A stretch of DNA of 64,000 nucleotides, taken from positions 20,414-84,413 of IMG/VR virus record IMGVR_UViG_3300033149_000928. One strand, written 5' to 3'. The notes beneath the pieces are model-generated. The model searched no databases, had not been told where the DNA came from, and worked only from the letters and a program-made list of their open reading frames with translations. Positions within the stretch are counted from its first letter, which is position 1; every line of letters starts with the position of its first letter. The position numbers were made by a program, and so were the translations under genes. Positions 56,247 through 64,000 of this stretch are shown here, piece after piece. The DNA comes from a virus.

Positions 56247-56482
56247 TCTGCCCTCGTAATATTTATAAGAATCTGAGCCAATTTAAGTTTATCATCAGTA
56301 GCAGGGCTAGTAGGTTTCATATCCTGAGCTTCATGTAACAACTCAATACTACGGTTAATATAATATTGAGGATTCCCACAGTCAAGAATCACTTGGAGTT
56401 GTTTGTTTTCCTTTCCCCTTACGATGCACTCCCTTAGGAGTTTTCCCTGTAACTTTATGCTTAGACTTCTCTTTTTTGGCAT
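56195..56482 (-). CDS. Hypothetical protein
   Basis: ORF track. Confidence 0.5.
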   Translation of the reverse strand: MPKKRSLSIKLQGKLLRECIVRGKENKQLQVILDCGNPQYYINRSIELLHEAQDMKPTSPATDDKLKLAQILINITRAECVPNLTKTKDAKDQKP

Positions 56483-56792
56483 CTGCTTTCTCCTTTTTCA
56501 CCTGTTCTGTATACACACGTTTAACTTCATACATTTTCTTCTTTAATGCTTCCCTAGCTTTCCGAAGTATAACTTGTTCTTGGAGATCATTTAGCCCTAA
56601 TAAAGCATACCTCTCCCAAATTTCATCTGGCACTAAATTCTTTGCTGCAACGTAATCTTTAAACGTCTCCGAAAGAGCTTCCGTGGTTAAATGGCTCGGA
56701 AATTTTAGCCCTAATTTCTTCAGTTCTATTCTTATTTCTTCGTCGCTGACCTTTTCCGGCCTCCGAAGAGGGCGTCGTGCCGGTACTGCCAT
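56382..56792 (-). CDS. Hypothetical protein
   Basis: GGAGG RBS. Confidence 0.6.
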   Translation of the reverse strand: MAVPARRPLRRPEKVSDEEIRIELKKLGLKFPSHLTTEALSETFKDYVAAKNLVPDEIWERYALLGLNDLQEQVILRKAREALKKKMYEVKRVYTEQVKKEKADAKKEKSKHKVTGKTPKGVHRKGKGKQTTPSDS

Positions 56793-57168
56793 CTTGATCC
56801 TCCTCCTTTATATAAGTATAACTTGGAAAATATAACTGTATTGCTACTTCATGATTTTTGATTTGTGAAATCAAAATATCTCGGGCTTCTCTTCCCCAAT
56901 TCGGTATACGTAATTTCTGTGCAAGTTGACGTATCTTCATTATTCCCCAATCTTCAAGAGTTTTACTTTCTTGGATATCCATATCAATAATATCGAATAT
57001 AGTATCTGAAACTATATTATGTAAGAAATCTAAAATAGTTTCAAGTGTTTCTTCATCTATTTCATCACGCTGGAGATAATATTCTAAACGTCTAAATCTA
57101 TTTATTTTCTTCCTTATCTCCAGAAGTACATCTACTTTTCTCCCCATGATTTTATCCCTACTTTCCAA
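56659..57168 (-). CDS. Hypothetical protein
   Basis: ORF track. Confidence 0.55.
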   Translation of the reverse strand: MESRDKIMGRKVDVLLEIRKKINRFRRLEYYLQRDEIDEETLETILDFLHNIVSDTIFDIIDMDIQESKTLEDWGIMKIRQLAQKLRIPNWGREARDILISQIKNHEVAIQLYFPSYTYIKEEDQDGSTGTTPSSEAGKGQRRRNKNRTEEIRAKISEPFNHGSSFGDV

Positions 57169-59354
57169 TCCATAGATATTAATGGCACATTAGGTCTAAA
57201 CCTTTCTAATATTCCATCACTGATCTCTTTAGTCTTAGCCGCATACTCTGGAAGTACTGGACACATTATTTCATCGTGAACATTCATAGGCATTACAATC
57301 CATTTACTTACTCCAACTGGTTGGAGTCCCCATAAAGCTAACTCCAGTTCTTTAGTTATAGTAGCCCCTGGTGATTGGATAACATGATTACCAGCAGCCC
57401 TCATATTTTGACCTTGGATATTGAAAGCCGCAGCATATAACGCTGACTGAAGTGCCCCTGAAACAGTCTGATCACGATCACGCCTATGGACTTTGATTTT
57501 ATATCTCTTCCATTCTTTCGGAGGGTCTTGAGCTAAATCAAATAGTGCTTTGCAAATACGATTCTCAAGAGTAAAGTATCGTTTAAAATTAAACATACTC
57601 TCAACGTAATCTGCTGGATCATGCCATTCTACGGCTGTGCCGATACCTCCAGGTTGCCTCATACTACAGAATGCGTCAAAGACTTTTTGTCTTGACCTAT
57701 GTACTCCTGGGAACTTCTTCCCGAAACCTTCATGTGCTTGTAATGCTATCTCTGGAGAGATACCAAGCTTAGTCTCAAGAGTATATTCTGTGCCGCCATA
57801 TGCCATTCCAAATACACCTTGTTTACCATCTTTATAACGTGTACCATTAACATATTGATTGAGGAAAGCTCCTGTATTTTCTTCCTCGATGATCTCTTCG
57901 TAAGTTGATCCTGGATAGAGTTCAATAGCGAAGATAGCATGTATTTTCTTACCTTCAAGTAATGCTTCTCGAAGTTTAGGATCATCCCATTCTGCTTCCA
58001 TTAATGTAACTTCAAATGAGTCATAGTCACCACCACATAATATCATACCTTTAGGTGCTAATCCAAATTTAGATCGAACTTTCTTATCTTTCTTAATACC
58101 TTGAGGGTTGAGTCCATCAGAGCCTGACATCCTTGTACTCTTCGTTCCGATGACACTGAACCCTGCAAAGAATTTCTTAGCTTTGATAAGTTTACCATAA
58201 AGTTTAATTTCTTCTGTAGCTTCCCTTGCATCGAGAACTTGCTGTGCGGCCTTGGCTGCTGGATGAATCTCCTCTCCCTGACGCCATTTAGCAATCTCTT
58301 GTAATACAACTTTCTTTGTACTTGACTGGACAACGATCCTCTCAGTTTCATCCATATATTGGATAACATATTTACGTGCTTGTGTTGGAGCAGTAGGTGC
58401 GCTTTCTGCTACTACCTTAGCTTGATTTGCTAAATCAATTATCCCTTCAACATCAATCTCGAACCCATGCCATCTTACTGCACCAACCATACAAGCCAAT
58501 TCCGAATCTGTATCCCCAGGTTCGGGATCATTGAAATGATGATATAGACCTCTAGTGTAGACAACATCATCTTTCGCGTAGCGTTTAGCAATCGGATTAT
58601 GCGCCCAATATGCAATATGATGCCGAAGTATCTCAGGCCAACTCCCACCATAAGGGACATACTTATCTTCCTTTGGCATCCACTCTTTCTCGATACCTAC
58701 TTCGTGACCCATAAGAAGGATGTCATCTTCCTTGACCCCTAATGCGTCTATGGCAAGAGCTTTCAATGCAGAAGAGGAATCGAACTTCAATTCGATATCC
58801 TTAAAGTCTGTATTCATCTCCCCTTCATCATCAATAATATCCCTTACTTGCCATTGTGGAGTATCCTTCTTCTTTCTCCTGGCAAAGTATATATCATTAA
58901 GAGGTATTAATTCTTCAAGTTTAGCCGCTAAACTACGTGCTAATACCGTTGGAACACGTTTAATACGTATCGGCTTACGATTCATAGTTGATTGATATGG
59001 ACCTTTCCTCGCATGTAACATAAGATCACATGCCGCAGCGGGTCTCAAACAAGGACCGTTAGTTGCAGCATACTCTCCCTCTGCTAATACAGGAATAATA
59101 TCCTCTGGTATATCGTGATGATTCGTATGCTGGAGGAACATCGTATAAATCTTGCAAAGATGGAAATGATCAAATGCCAAGTTGAAGCCTACAATCTCAT
59201 TCTCCATGAAATATTCAATAAGCTTCATTGTCTCATAGATAGGAACCTTCCAGATATTGTGGAGGACAATAGGACCATCTTCCTCAGCATACTGAATGAG
59301 GACTGCTGGACCCTTGAATCCACAGGTTTCTGTATCTATGTATATTCTAGCCAT
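57132..59354 (-). CDS. Family A DNA polymerase with 3'-5' exonuclease
   Basis: ExoI DTET, ExoII FNLAFD, ExoIII YAKDD. Motif A DYDSFE, motif B R...KQGVFGMAYG, motif C VHDE. Confidence 0.92.
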   Translation of the reverse strand: MARIYIDTETCGFKGPAVLIQYAEEDGPIVLHNIWKVPIYETMKLIEYFMENEIVGFNLAFDHFHLCKIYTMFLQHTNHHDIPEDIIPVLAEGEYAATNGPCLRPAAACDLMLHARKGPYQSTMNRKPIRIKRVPTVLARSLAAKLEELIPLNDIYFARRKKKDTPQWQVRDIIDDEGEMNTDFKDIELKFDSSSALKALAIDALGVKEDDILLMGHEVGIEKEWMPKEDKYVPYGGSWPEILRHHIAYWAHNPIAKRYAKDDVVYTRGLYHHFNDPEPGDTDSELACMVGAVRWHGFEIDVEGIIDLANQAKVVAESAPTAPTQARKYVIQYMDETERIVVQSSTKKVVLQEIAKWRQGEEIHPAAKAAQQVLDAREATEEIKLYGKLIKAKKFFAGFSVIGTKSTRMSGSDGLNPQGIKKDKKVRSKFGLAPKGMILCGGDYDSFEVTLMEAEWDDPKLREALLEGKKIHAIFAIELYPGSTYEEIIEEENTGAFLNQYVNGTRYKDGKQGVFGMAYGGTEYTLETKLGISPEIALQAHEGFGKKFPGVHRSRQKVFDAFCSMRQPGGIGTAVEWHDPADYVESMFNFKRYFTLENRICKALFDLAQDPPKEWKRYKIKVHRRDRDQTVSGALQSALYAAAFNIQGQNMRAAGNHVIQSPGATITKELELALWGLQPVGVSKWIVMPMNVHDEIMCPVLPEYAAKTKEISDGILERFRPNVPLISMDWKVGIKSWGEK

Positions 59355-59373
59355 AGGTAATACCTAACAATCC

Positions 59374-59715
59374 CTACGTCACATCCTCTGCACCCTCAGT
59401 GAACCCATCATTATATCCCATGTTATATTGATCTTCTACCTTCTTCTTTAACCTTGCAATATAAACAATAACTGCCTCAACTGCTGACATACCATTAGGA
59501 TATTGTTCGTTAGTTGTAGGTAAATCACAATCTTGTTCCAAGATGAAATCTGCTAACTGTTGACAATTCTTACAAGTATCAGTGTCCTTATTATCCTTAC
59601 CCATTAGTCCATACTCCCATATAGTACATATTACCCATAACCTTACGTATCCGCTTCCAATCTGGGAAGTCCCTTGCTGCCCAAACACTACTATGATAAT
59701 TAAACTTATTACCAT
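59374..59715 (-). CDS. Hypothetical protein (start likely MGKD, ~59604)
   Basis: ORF track, GGGAG before the internal ATG. Confidence 0.5.
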   Translation of the reverse strand: MVISLIIIVVFGQQGTSQIGSGYVRLWVICTIWEYGLMGKDNKDTDTCKNCQQLADFILEQDCDLPTTNEQYPNGMSAVEAVIVYIARLKKKVEDQYNMGYNDGFTEGAEDVT

Positions 59716-60106
59716 AACACCAATACCCAGGCTTATCAGTATTCTTAGTATTATTATCCCAGATAAGGGGTGTTACTAAAATAATCTTCCCTCCACATAT
59801 TCTCTTCGCATCTTCTAAAACCAACTCTCCACGACGTTTGGATAAATGTTCAATGAAATCTATCATTAGTACAACGTCAAATTCTCTATCGTCAAAAGGG
59901 AATAGTTCATCATTGAGGTCTATAGTATAATTAGGTTGAACATTAGGCCAAGCGTCCAAGGTTGTAGCATTAGGTAAATGTTTAGAGTATTGCTTATCCC
60001 CGCATCCAACATCGAGAATACTATCAGTAATCTCAACATTTTGATTTACAAAATCAAATAGCTTTTTCATTTGATAAACAACTTTCCAATTAACAATATG
60101 GGCCAA
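59597..60106 (-). CDS. Class I SAM-dependent methyltransferase
   Basis: ILDVGCG, PFDD.EFDVV...DFIEHL and LVTP. Confidence 0.8.
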   Translation of the reverse strand: MAHIVNWKVVYQMKKLFDFVNQNVEITDSILDVGCGDKQYSKHLPNATTLDAWPNVQPNYTIDLNDELFPFDDREFDVVLMIDFIEHLSKRRGELVLEDAKRICGGKIILVTPLIWDNNTKNTDKPGYWCYGNKFNYHSSVWAARDFPDWKRIRKVMGNMYYMGVWTNG

Positions 60107-60246
60107 AGAAGATAATCTCCATCTGTATTAAGATTGAATCTTAACAAATAGAAAATAAAAATAATTGGAACTATACACACTACAAGAATCGCCAGTGGTA
60201 TAGATAATATAATACAAATAATTTTTCGTATTAATCTTCTCATACC

Positions 60247-61125
60247 TTACGTCCTCTCAGCATTCACATCCATACCTGCCATCGAAGCAACACTCTCAGA
60301 CGGTATAATATATGGCCGACCTGCTTTATCTGCTATCGCTCTAATCTCCTGATAAATTGCATTATCAGTAATCTCACCTGTAGCCCAAGCCAAACAACGT
60401 GTACCAAAATTATTTCCTACTGACTCTTGGATATGATCCATCATTATGAAAATTTCATTCTTCCTTCTGAGTCTTCTCGCAAGTGATGACTCCGTTTTCT
60501 TCATCCTAATAATCGGAGTCTGTTCTCCTTTTTCCTTTGCCACTTTAATTTTCTTAACCGCCTCGAACTGCATTTCCTTTGTCGGTAGATTCTTGAGATC
60601 ACGAATCTGATGTTGAGTAATGAACCCTGCTGCCGCTTGTTCCTGAATCTCATTAGGTAACTGCAAGAGATAAGTTCTAATCTGTACCCAACCAAAGGAC
60701 TTCCCTAATTCCGCAGCGATCTCCTGCATAGTCATATTAAAACTATTTAGATGCTTAACAGCTTGAGCCTCTTCTACGATGTTAAGGTCTTTACGTAGGA
60801 GATTTTCTCGAAGATTAATAATCCTTGCATCTTTATCATTATCAACCCCACTAATTACACACTTAATAGTTTTAGCCCCTAATACTTTATGTGCTGTAAA
60901 TCTCCTGAATCCCGCTATAAGTCTCCAAGGATATTCCGTCCCAAGATGTTCCTTCTCATACTTCTGGATAATGACAGGAGCTAATAAACCATTCTTCTCG
61001 ATATCCCTTGCAAGTTCTTGTACATCCATCGGAGCGATATCACCACGACAATTAAAACTTTGATCTACAAGAATCAACTTCAACGGAAGATTCATAATCT
61101 CATTATTTGTGATAGTTTCAGGCAT
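60247..61125 (-). CDS. ParB/RepB/Spo0J family protein
   Basis: FNCR, LARDIEKNGLLAPV, LIAGFRRF, NLRENLLRKDLN..EEA, and HTH (QEIAAELGKS). Confidence 0.88.
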   Translation of the reverse strand: MPETITNNEIMNLPLKLILVDQSFNCRGDIAPMDVQELARDIEKNGLLAPVIIQKYEKEHLGTEYPWRLIAGFRRFTAHKVLGAKTIKCVISGVDNDKDARIINLRENLLRKDLNIVEEAQAVKHLNSFNMTMQEIAAELGKSFGWVQIRTYLLQLPNEIQEQAAAGFITQHQIRDLKNLPTKEMQFEAVKKIKVAKEKGEQTPIIRMKKTESSLARRLRRKNEIFIMMDHIQESVGNNFGTRCLAWATGEITDNAIYQEIRAIADKAGRPYIIPSESVASMAGMDVNAERT

Positions 61126-64000
61126 TCGTTTCTCCTTCTTCTCCAGACTCACTACCATATACAATAGTATCAACTTCTCTAGGTAGTTTCATTGTCATAC
61201 AATTCTTCATAGCTCCAAGACTCATAGCCTGGAGATCACGTTTCTTCTTTAGATTCTCTAGTATAAGGACATCTGTTTCCAGGTGAATAATATCAATAAT
61301 AGTAGCACCAAGATTGACATCCATACCTGAACGGTGGATACGATCTTCTGACTGTATCCTACTCTCAGCATTGAAGTCATTACTATAATAAATGATGACT
61401 GGAGATGCTGTAAGATTAAGACCCATACCAGCAGCCCCAGGTTGACCAACAAAAGCTATACGCGGATATTTCTCTAATAGTTCTTTCCGGCGTGGATGGG
61501 TACGATCCATAGCGATAAGGAGTTCATCACTATTTGTTGCTTGGTTTGGATCATCACCTATGGGATTGAAGATATGCCATCCTCGACCATCTACACGTAA
61601 TACAACCCATTTCCTTTCAGTACAAGTCGATGTAATACGATCAATGGACCCAGTGAAACCACCATAGATTACTACTCGACCCTCTTCATCATATTGATCT
61701 AGTAAATCAATAAGGACATTAACCTTTGGGCAGGGCACTTCTTGTACTATACGTGTTTTCTTATCTACTTCTTTTCTTCCACCACACGTATCACAAATAA
61801 CCATTTCCCCTGTAACTTCTTCATCTTCACTTGGTCCCATCCTACTCATTTTAGTATTTAAATCTTCTTCATTATTATTACCTTCTTCATTTTCTTCCTC
61901 TTCACTCTCATATACAGCCGCATTAACTTCTCCAGCGCCTTTACAACGTGGACAGGTTTCTTTACCTACAACCTCTTCCCGATACTGGAATCCATCGCTC
62001 AGTTCCCTTGCCAATGTCAAACCAGTTACAACTCTAGGGGCTGTATCAATAATAGTCTTAGCTACTTGCAATATGGATTGTGTTGGTTTACACTCAATAA
62101 TTTTGTATGTTTTCGCAGGGAGATCAAGACAATCTTCTTTGAAAATAACTACTGCAAGTCCCTTCATACGACGATAAAGTGCCTCTATTTCATTCTTTGA
62201 CTTAGTGAAATGATGGGAACTTACACTTGTTAAGTCATGGTTAATATGATCCTCGAACTCACCACATTCTTTACATTTATTTTCATCATCTAGCCAAGTT
62301 ATTAGATAAGGGTATGTGCCTCCGGTAATCTGTTGTTCACGTTGAACAATTAATCCAAGTCTATTTTTGAATTTATTAATATCTCCTTCTTTTAAGAAAC
62401 CTGGACAACTTACTTCACAATTATGAGCTACAAGACCATTAGCAGAAAAACAATGTTCCTCTGGTACTGTAATATCATAGACATCTTCGATCTTATCCTT
62501 AGTTATTGAAGTTATTTTTGCTGTTTCTTTTGCTCTCCAAGTATGTCTATTTTTTATTCTCTTTTTTAATTTTTTATTTTTTCTAGGTATATTAAAGCCT
62601 ACTCTCTCATAAAAACGTACAGCTTCATTCCCTATTATTATTAATTCATAACTAATTAAAGAAGTATTAATTTCTCTACCTTTTATTTTTGATTTTTTAT
62701 TCTTTTTAGTTTGTAATGTACTATAAATACCTAAAGACTGCAACATTAATTGAACTTTATATATTCTATCTCTATTTACTTGACTCAAGGCTACATACAA
62801 TGTTGATTTCCTAACGTATCCATCAGCATCAAAAAATCCACTAAGAAATCCTTTTATGAAATCACTAGATGCAGATAACATAAGATTAGATATTTCTTTT
62901 TTACTATTTAGCTCCCATTCTTTTATTAATGAATTTATTTTACCCCCATAAATACGTTGAGATTCTCCTTGTATAGATATATTACTTTGATTAAGAATCT
63001 CTTGAACATAAGGCATAATACAAAAATCATCAGGGAAAAATTGCAATAAACCTCGTCCATTTTTATCTATTGATCCATCCCCATATAACAAACCAATAAT
63101 ATATCCATCTTCATATGTTCCGATACCATTCCAAGTATGGTAATGTCCAGAGTTAGATACTACAAGATTATCTCCTTCTTTTAATTCTTGTAATTCTCTC
63201 CAAATTGGAAAACTATCATAATCAACCATAAAACGATGATCTTCTGTAGCCCTTACTGAATAACCTTCTTTTGTTTCGATCTTATATAATTGTTTTGTTC
63301 CTGTTTTAAAGAAACCCTCCGTTTTAATCTTTTTCCCATTCACTATAATATAGCAAGTTTGATTTACTAAATCTTTAACGCTTCGTATACCTTCACTAGT
63401 GTTAATGTAGGTATCGGCAGGTATGCACTGGTTGTACCAATCAGCCGGACTCTTCGGTGCTGGAGAACCAGACAATAAGAGGCAGAAACCCTCCATTTTC
63501 CAGTCCTCTCTGATACCTTCAGCAAGTTGTAAAGCCGCTTGACTTCTAAGTGCCGTAGGTGTTTTAATTTTTGAGGACTCATCAAATATCACTCCATGTG
63601 GGGCTTTATCGTTACCGATCCACCCTCCAATAGTATCTCGTAATCCCTCATAGGTCATTACCACAGGTTTAACTTTACAATCCCATTTCGAAAATTCTAA
63701 TCTAGCTGCTTTCAATGCACTTCTCGGTCCGATCCAATACCAATCATCAAACCCACTTTGCTCCATAACCTCAATAGCCGCAAGGGATTTCCCTGTATTT
63801 TGATGATTAATACCATCATCTGTAAAATAATTTCCATACTTAGGTATCGTCAAATCATAGACTTTTTGATTTGGTAAATCAATGAACTCCGCATTCCTTA
63901 GTGGCAATACCTTCATTCTCTGCAATGAAGCAGGGAATAAATGTTCCGACTCTCTCGCTACTATGAAATGTCCAGGCTTCTCGAAATCTATCTGCTTTAT
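61118..64000 (-). CDS. SNF2-like superfamily 2 helicase with two inteins, partial (open to the window edge)
   Basis: TGKS, VIFDES, LLSGSP, GMGLNLT and QSEDRIHR motifs. The frame has no stop up to 64000. Confidence 0.9.
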   Translation of the reverse strand: MKQIDFEKPGHFIVARESEHLFPASLQRMKVLPLRNAEFIDLPNQKVYDLTIPKYGNYFTDDGINHQNTGKSLAAIEVMEQSGFDDWYWIGPRSALKAARLEFSKWDCKVKPVVMTYEGLRDTIGGWIGNDKAPHGVIFDESSKIKTPTALRSQAALQLAEGIREDWKMEGFCLLLSGSPAPKSPADWYNQCIPADTYINTSEGIRSVKDLVNQTCYIIVNGKKIKTEGFFKTGTKQLYKIETKEGYSVRATEDHRFMVDYDSFPIWRELQELKEGDNLVVSNSGHYHTWNGIGTYEDGYIIGLLYGDGSIDKNGRGLLQFFPDDFCIMPYVQEILNQSNISIQGESQRIYGGKINSLIKEWELNSKKEISNLMLSASSDFIKGFLSGFFDADGYVRKSTLYVALSQVNRDRIYKVQLMLQSLGIYSTLQTKKNKKSKIKGREINTSLISYELIIIGNEAVRFYERVGFNIPRKNKKLKKRIKNRHTWRAKETAKITSITKDKIEDVYDITVPEEHCFSANGLVAHNCEVSCPGFLKEGDINKFKNRLGLIVQREQQITGGTYPYLITWLDDENKCKECGEFEDHINHDLTSVSSHHFTKSKNEIEALYRRMKGLAVVIFKEDCLDLPAKTYKIIECKPTQSILQVAKTIIDTAPRVVTGLTLARELSDGFQYREEVVGKETCPRCKGAGEVNAAVYESEEEENEEGNNNEEDLNTKMSRMGPSEDEEVTGEMVICDTCGGRKEVDKKTRIVQEVPCPKVNVLIDLLDQYDEEGRVVIYGGFTGSIDRITSTCTERKWVVLRVDGRGWHIFNPIGDDPNQATNSDELLIAMDRTHPRRKELLEKYPRIAFVGQPGAAGMGLNLTASPVIIYYSNDFNAESRIQSEDRIHRSGMDVNLGATIIDIIHLETDVLILENLKKKRDLQAMSLGAMKNCMTMKLPREVDTIVYGSESGEEGETNA
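62420..63427 (-). mobile_element. Intein with LAGLIDADG homing endonuclease (336 aa)
   Basis: Q|CIPADT ... ATEDHRF ... IGLLYGDG ... LSGFFDADG ... VYDITV...ANGLVAHN|C. AT-rich relative to its flanks. Confidence 0.92.
63797..64000 (-). mobile_element. C-terminal part of a second intein, inserted in the helicase Walker A motif
   Basis: KVYDLTIPKYGNYFTDDGINHQN|TGKS (block F/G pattern). Confidence 0.8.

Larger units (their letters stand above)
917..63882. repeat. Dispersed 17-bp palindrome TTGATTTA-S-TAAATCAA, about 50 copies including variants
   Basis: Perfect copies start at 917, 2594, 6575, 7552, 12859, 15643, 22943, 29128, 38630, 40612, 41735, 46574, 47257, 49021, 50798, 51235, 54260 and 54624. 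About 13 more have a perfect 15-bp core and about 20 are variants. Confidence 0.95.

Overview
The window is 64 kb of a tailed dsDNA phage (siphovirus-like), and essentially every credible gene is on the minus strand. In transcription order (64000 to 1) it carries: (1) a replication block with a two-intein SNF2-like helicase, a ParB-like protein, a methyltransferase, a family A DNA polymerase, VRR-NUC, NYN and a C39-like peptidase; (2) a sigma-70-like factor followed by about 27 kb of small accessory genes, including DUF932, an ATP-dependent ligase, a sulfotransferase-like protein, tRNA-Leu(TAA), a GHKL ATPase and a PD-(D/E)XK nuclease; (3) a long non-coding region, a second ParB-domain gene and a GGGTATA tandem repeat; (4) a morphogenesis module from terminase through portal, scaffold, P22-type capsid, tail, tape measure and fibres. 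Main find: a solitary RAMP/Cas7-like gene (37952-38584) followed, starting at its stop codon, by a 695-bp non-coding array of 114 NNN-GT pentamers punctuated by 21 NAWGGT-like hexamers. This is a candidate non-CRISPR RNA-guided system, VIPR-like but with a different repeat grammar. Also notable: about 50 copies of a 17-bp palindrome (TTGATTTA-S-TAAATCAA) across the window, many inside genes; an N-terminal R-x-W-Y-G leader on five virion proteins; and a second, 25-bp inverted-repeat family in the non-coding regions. All family calls are by-eye motif recognition and no database search was run.
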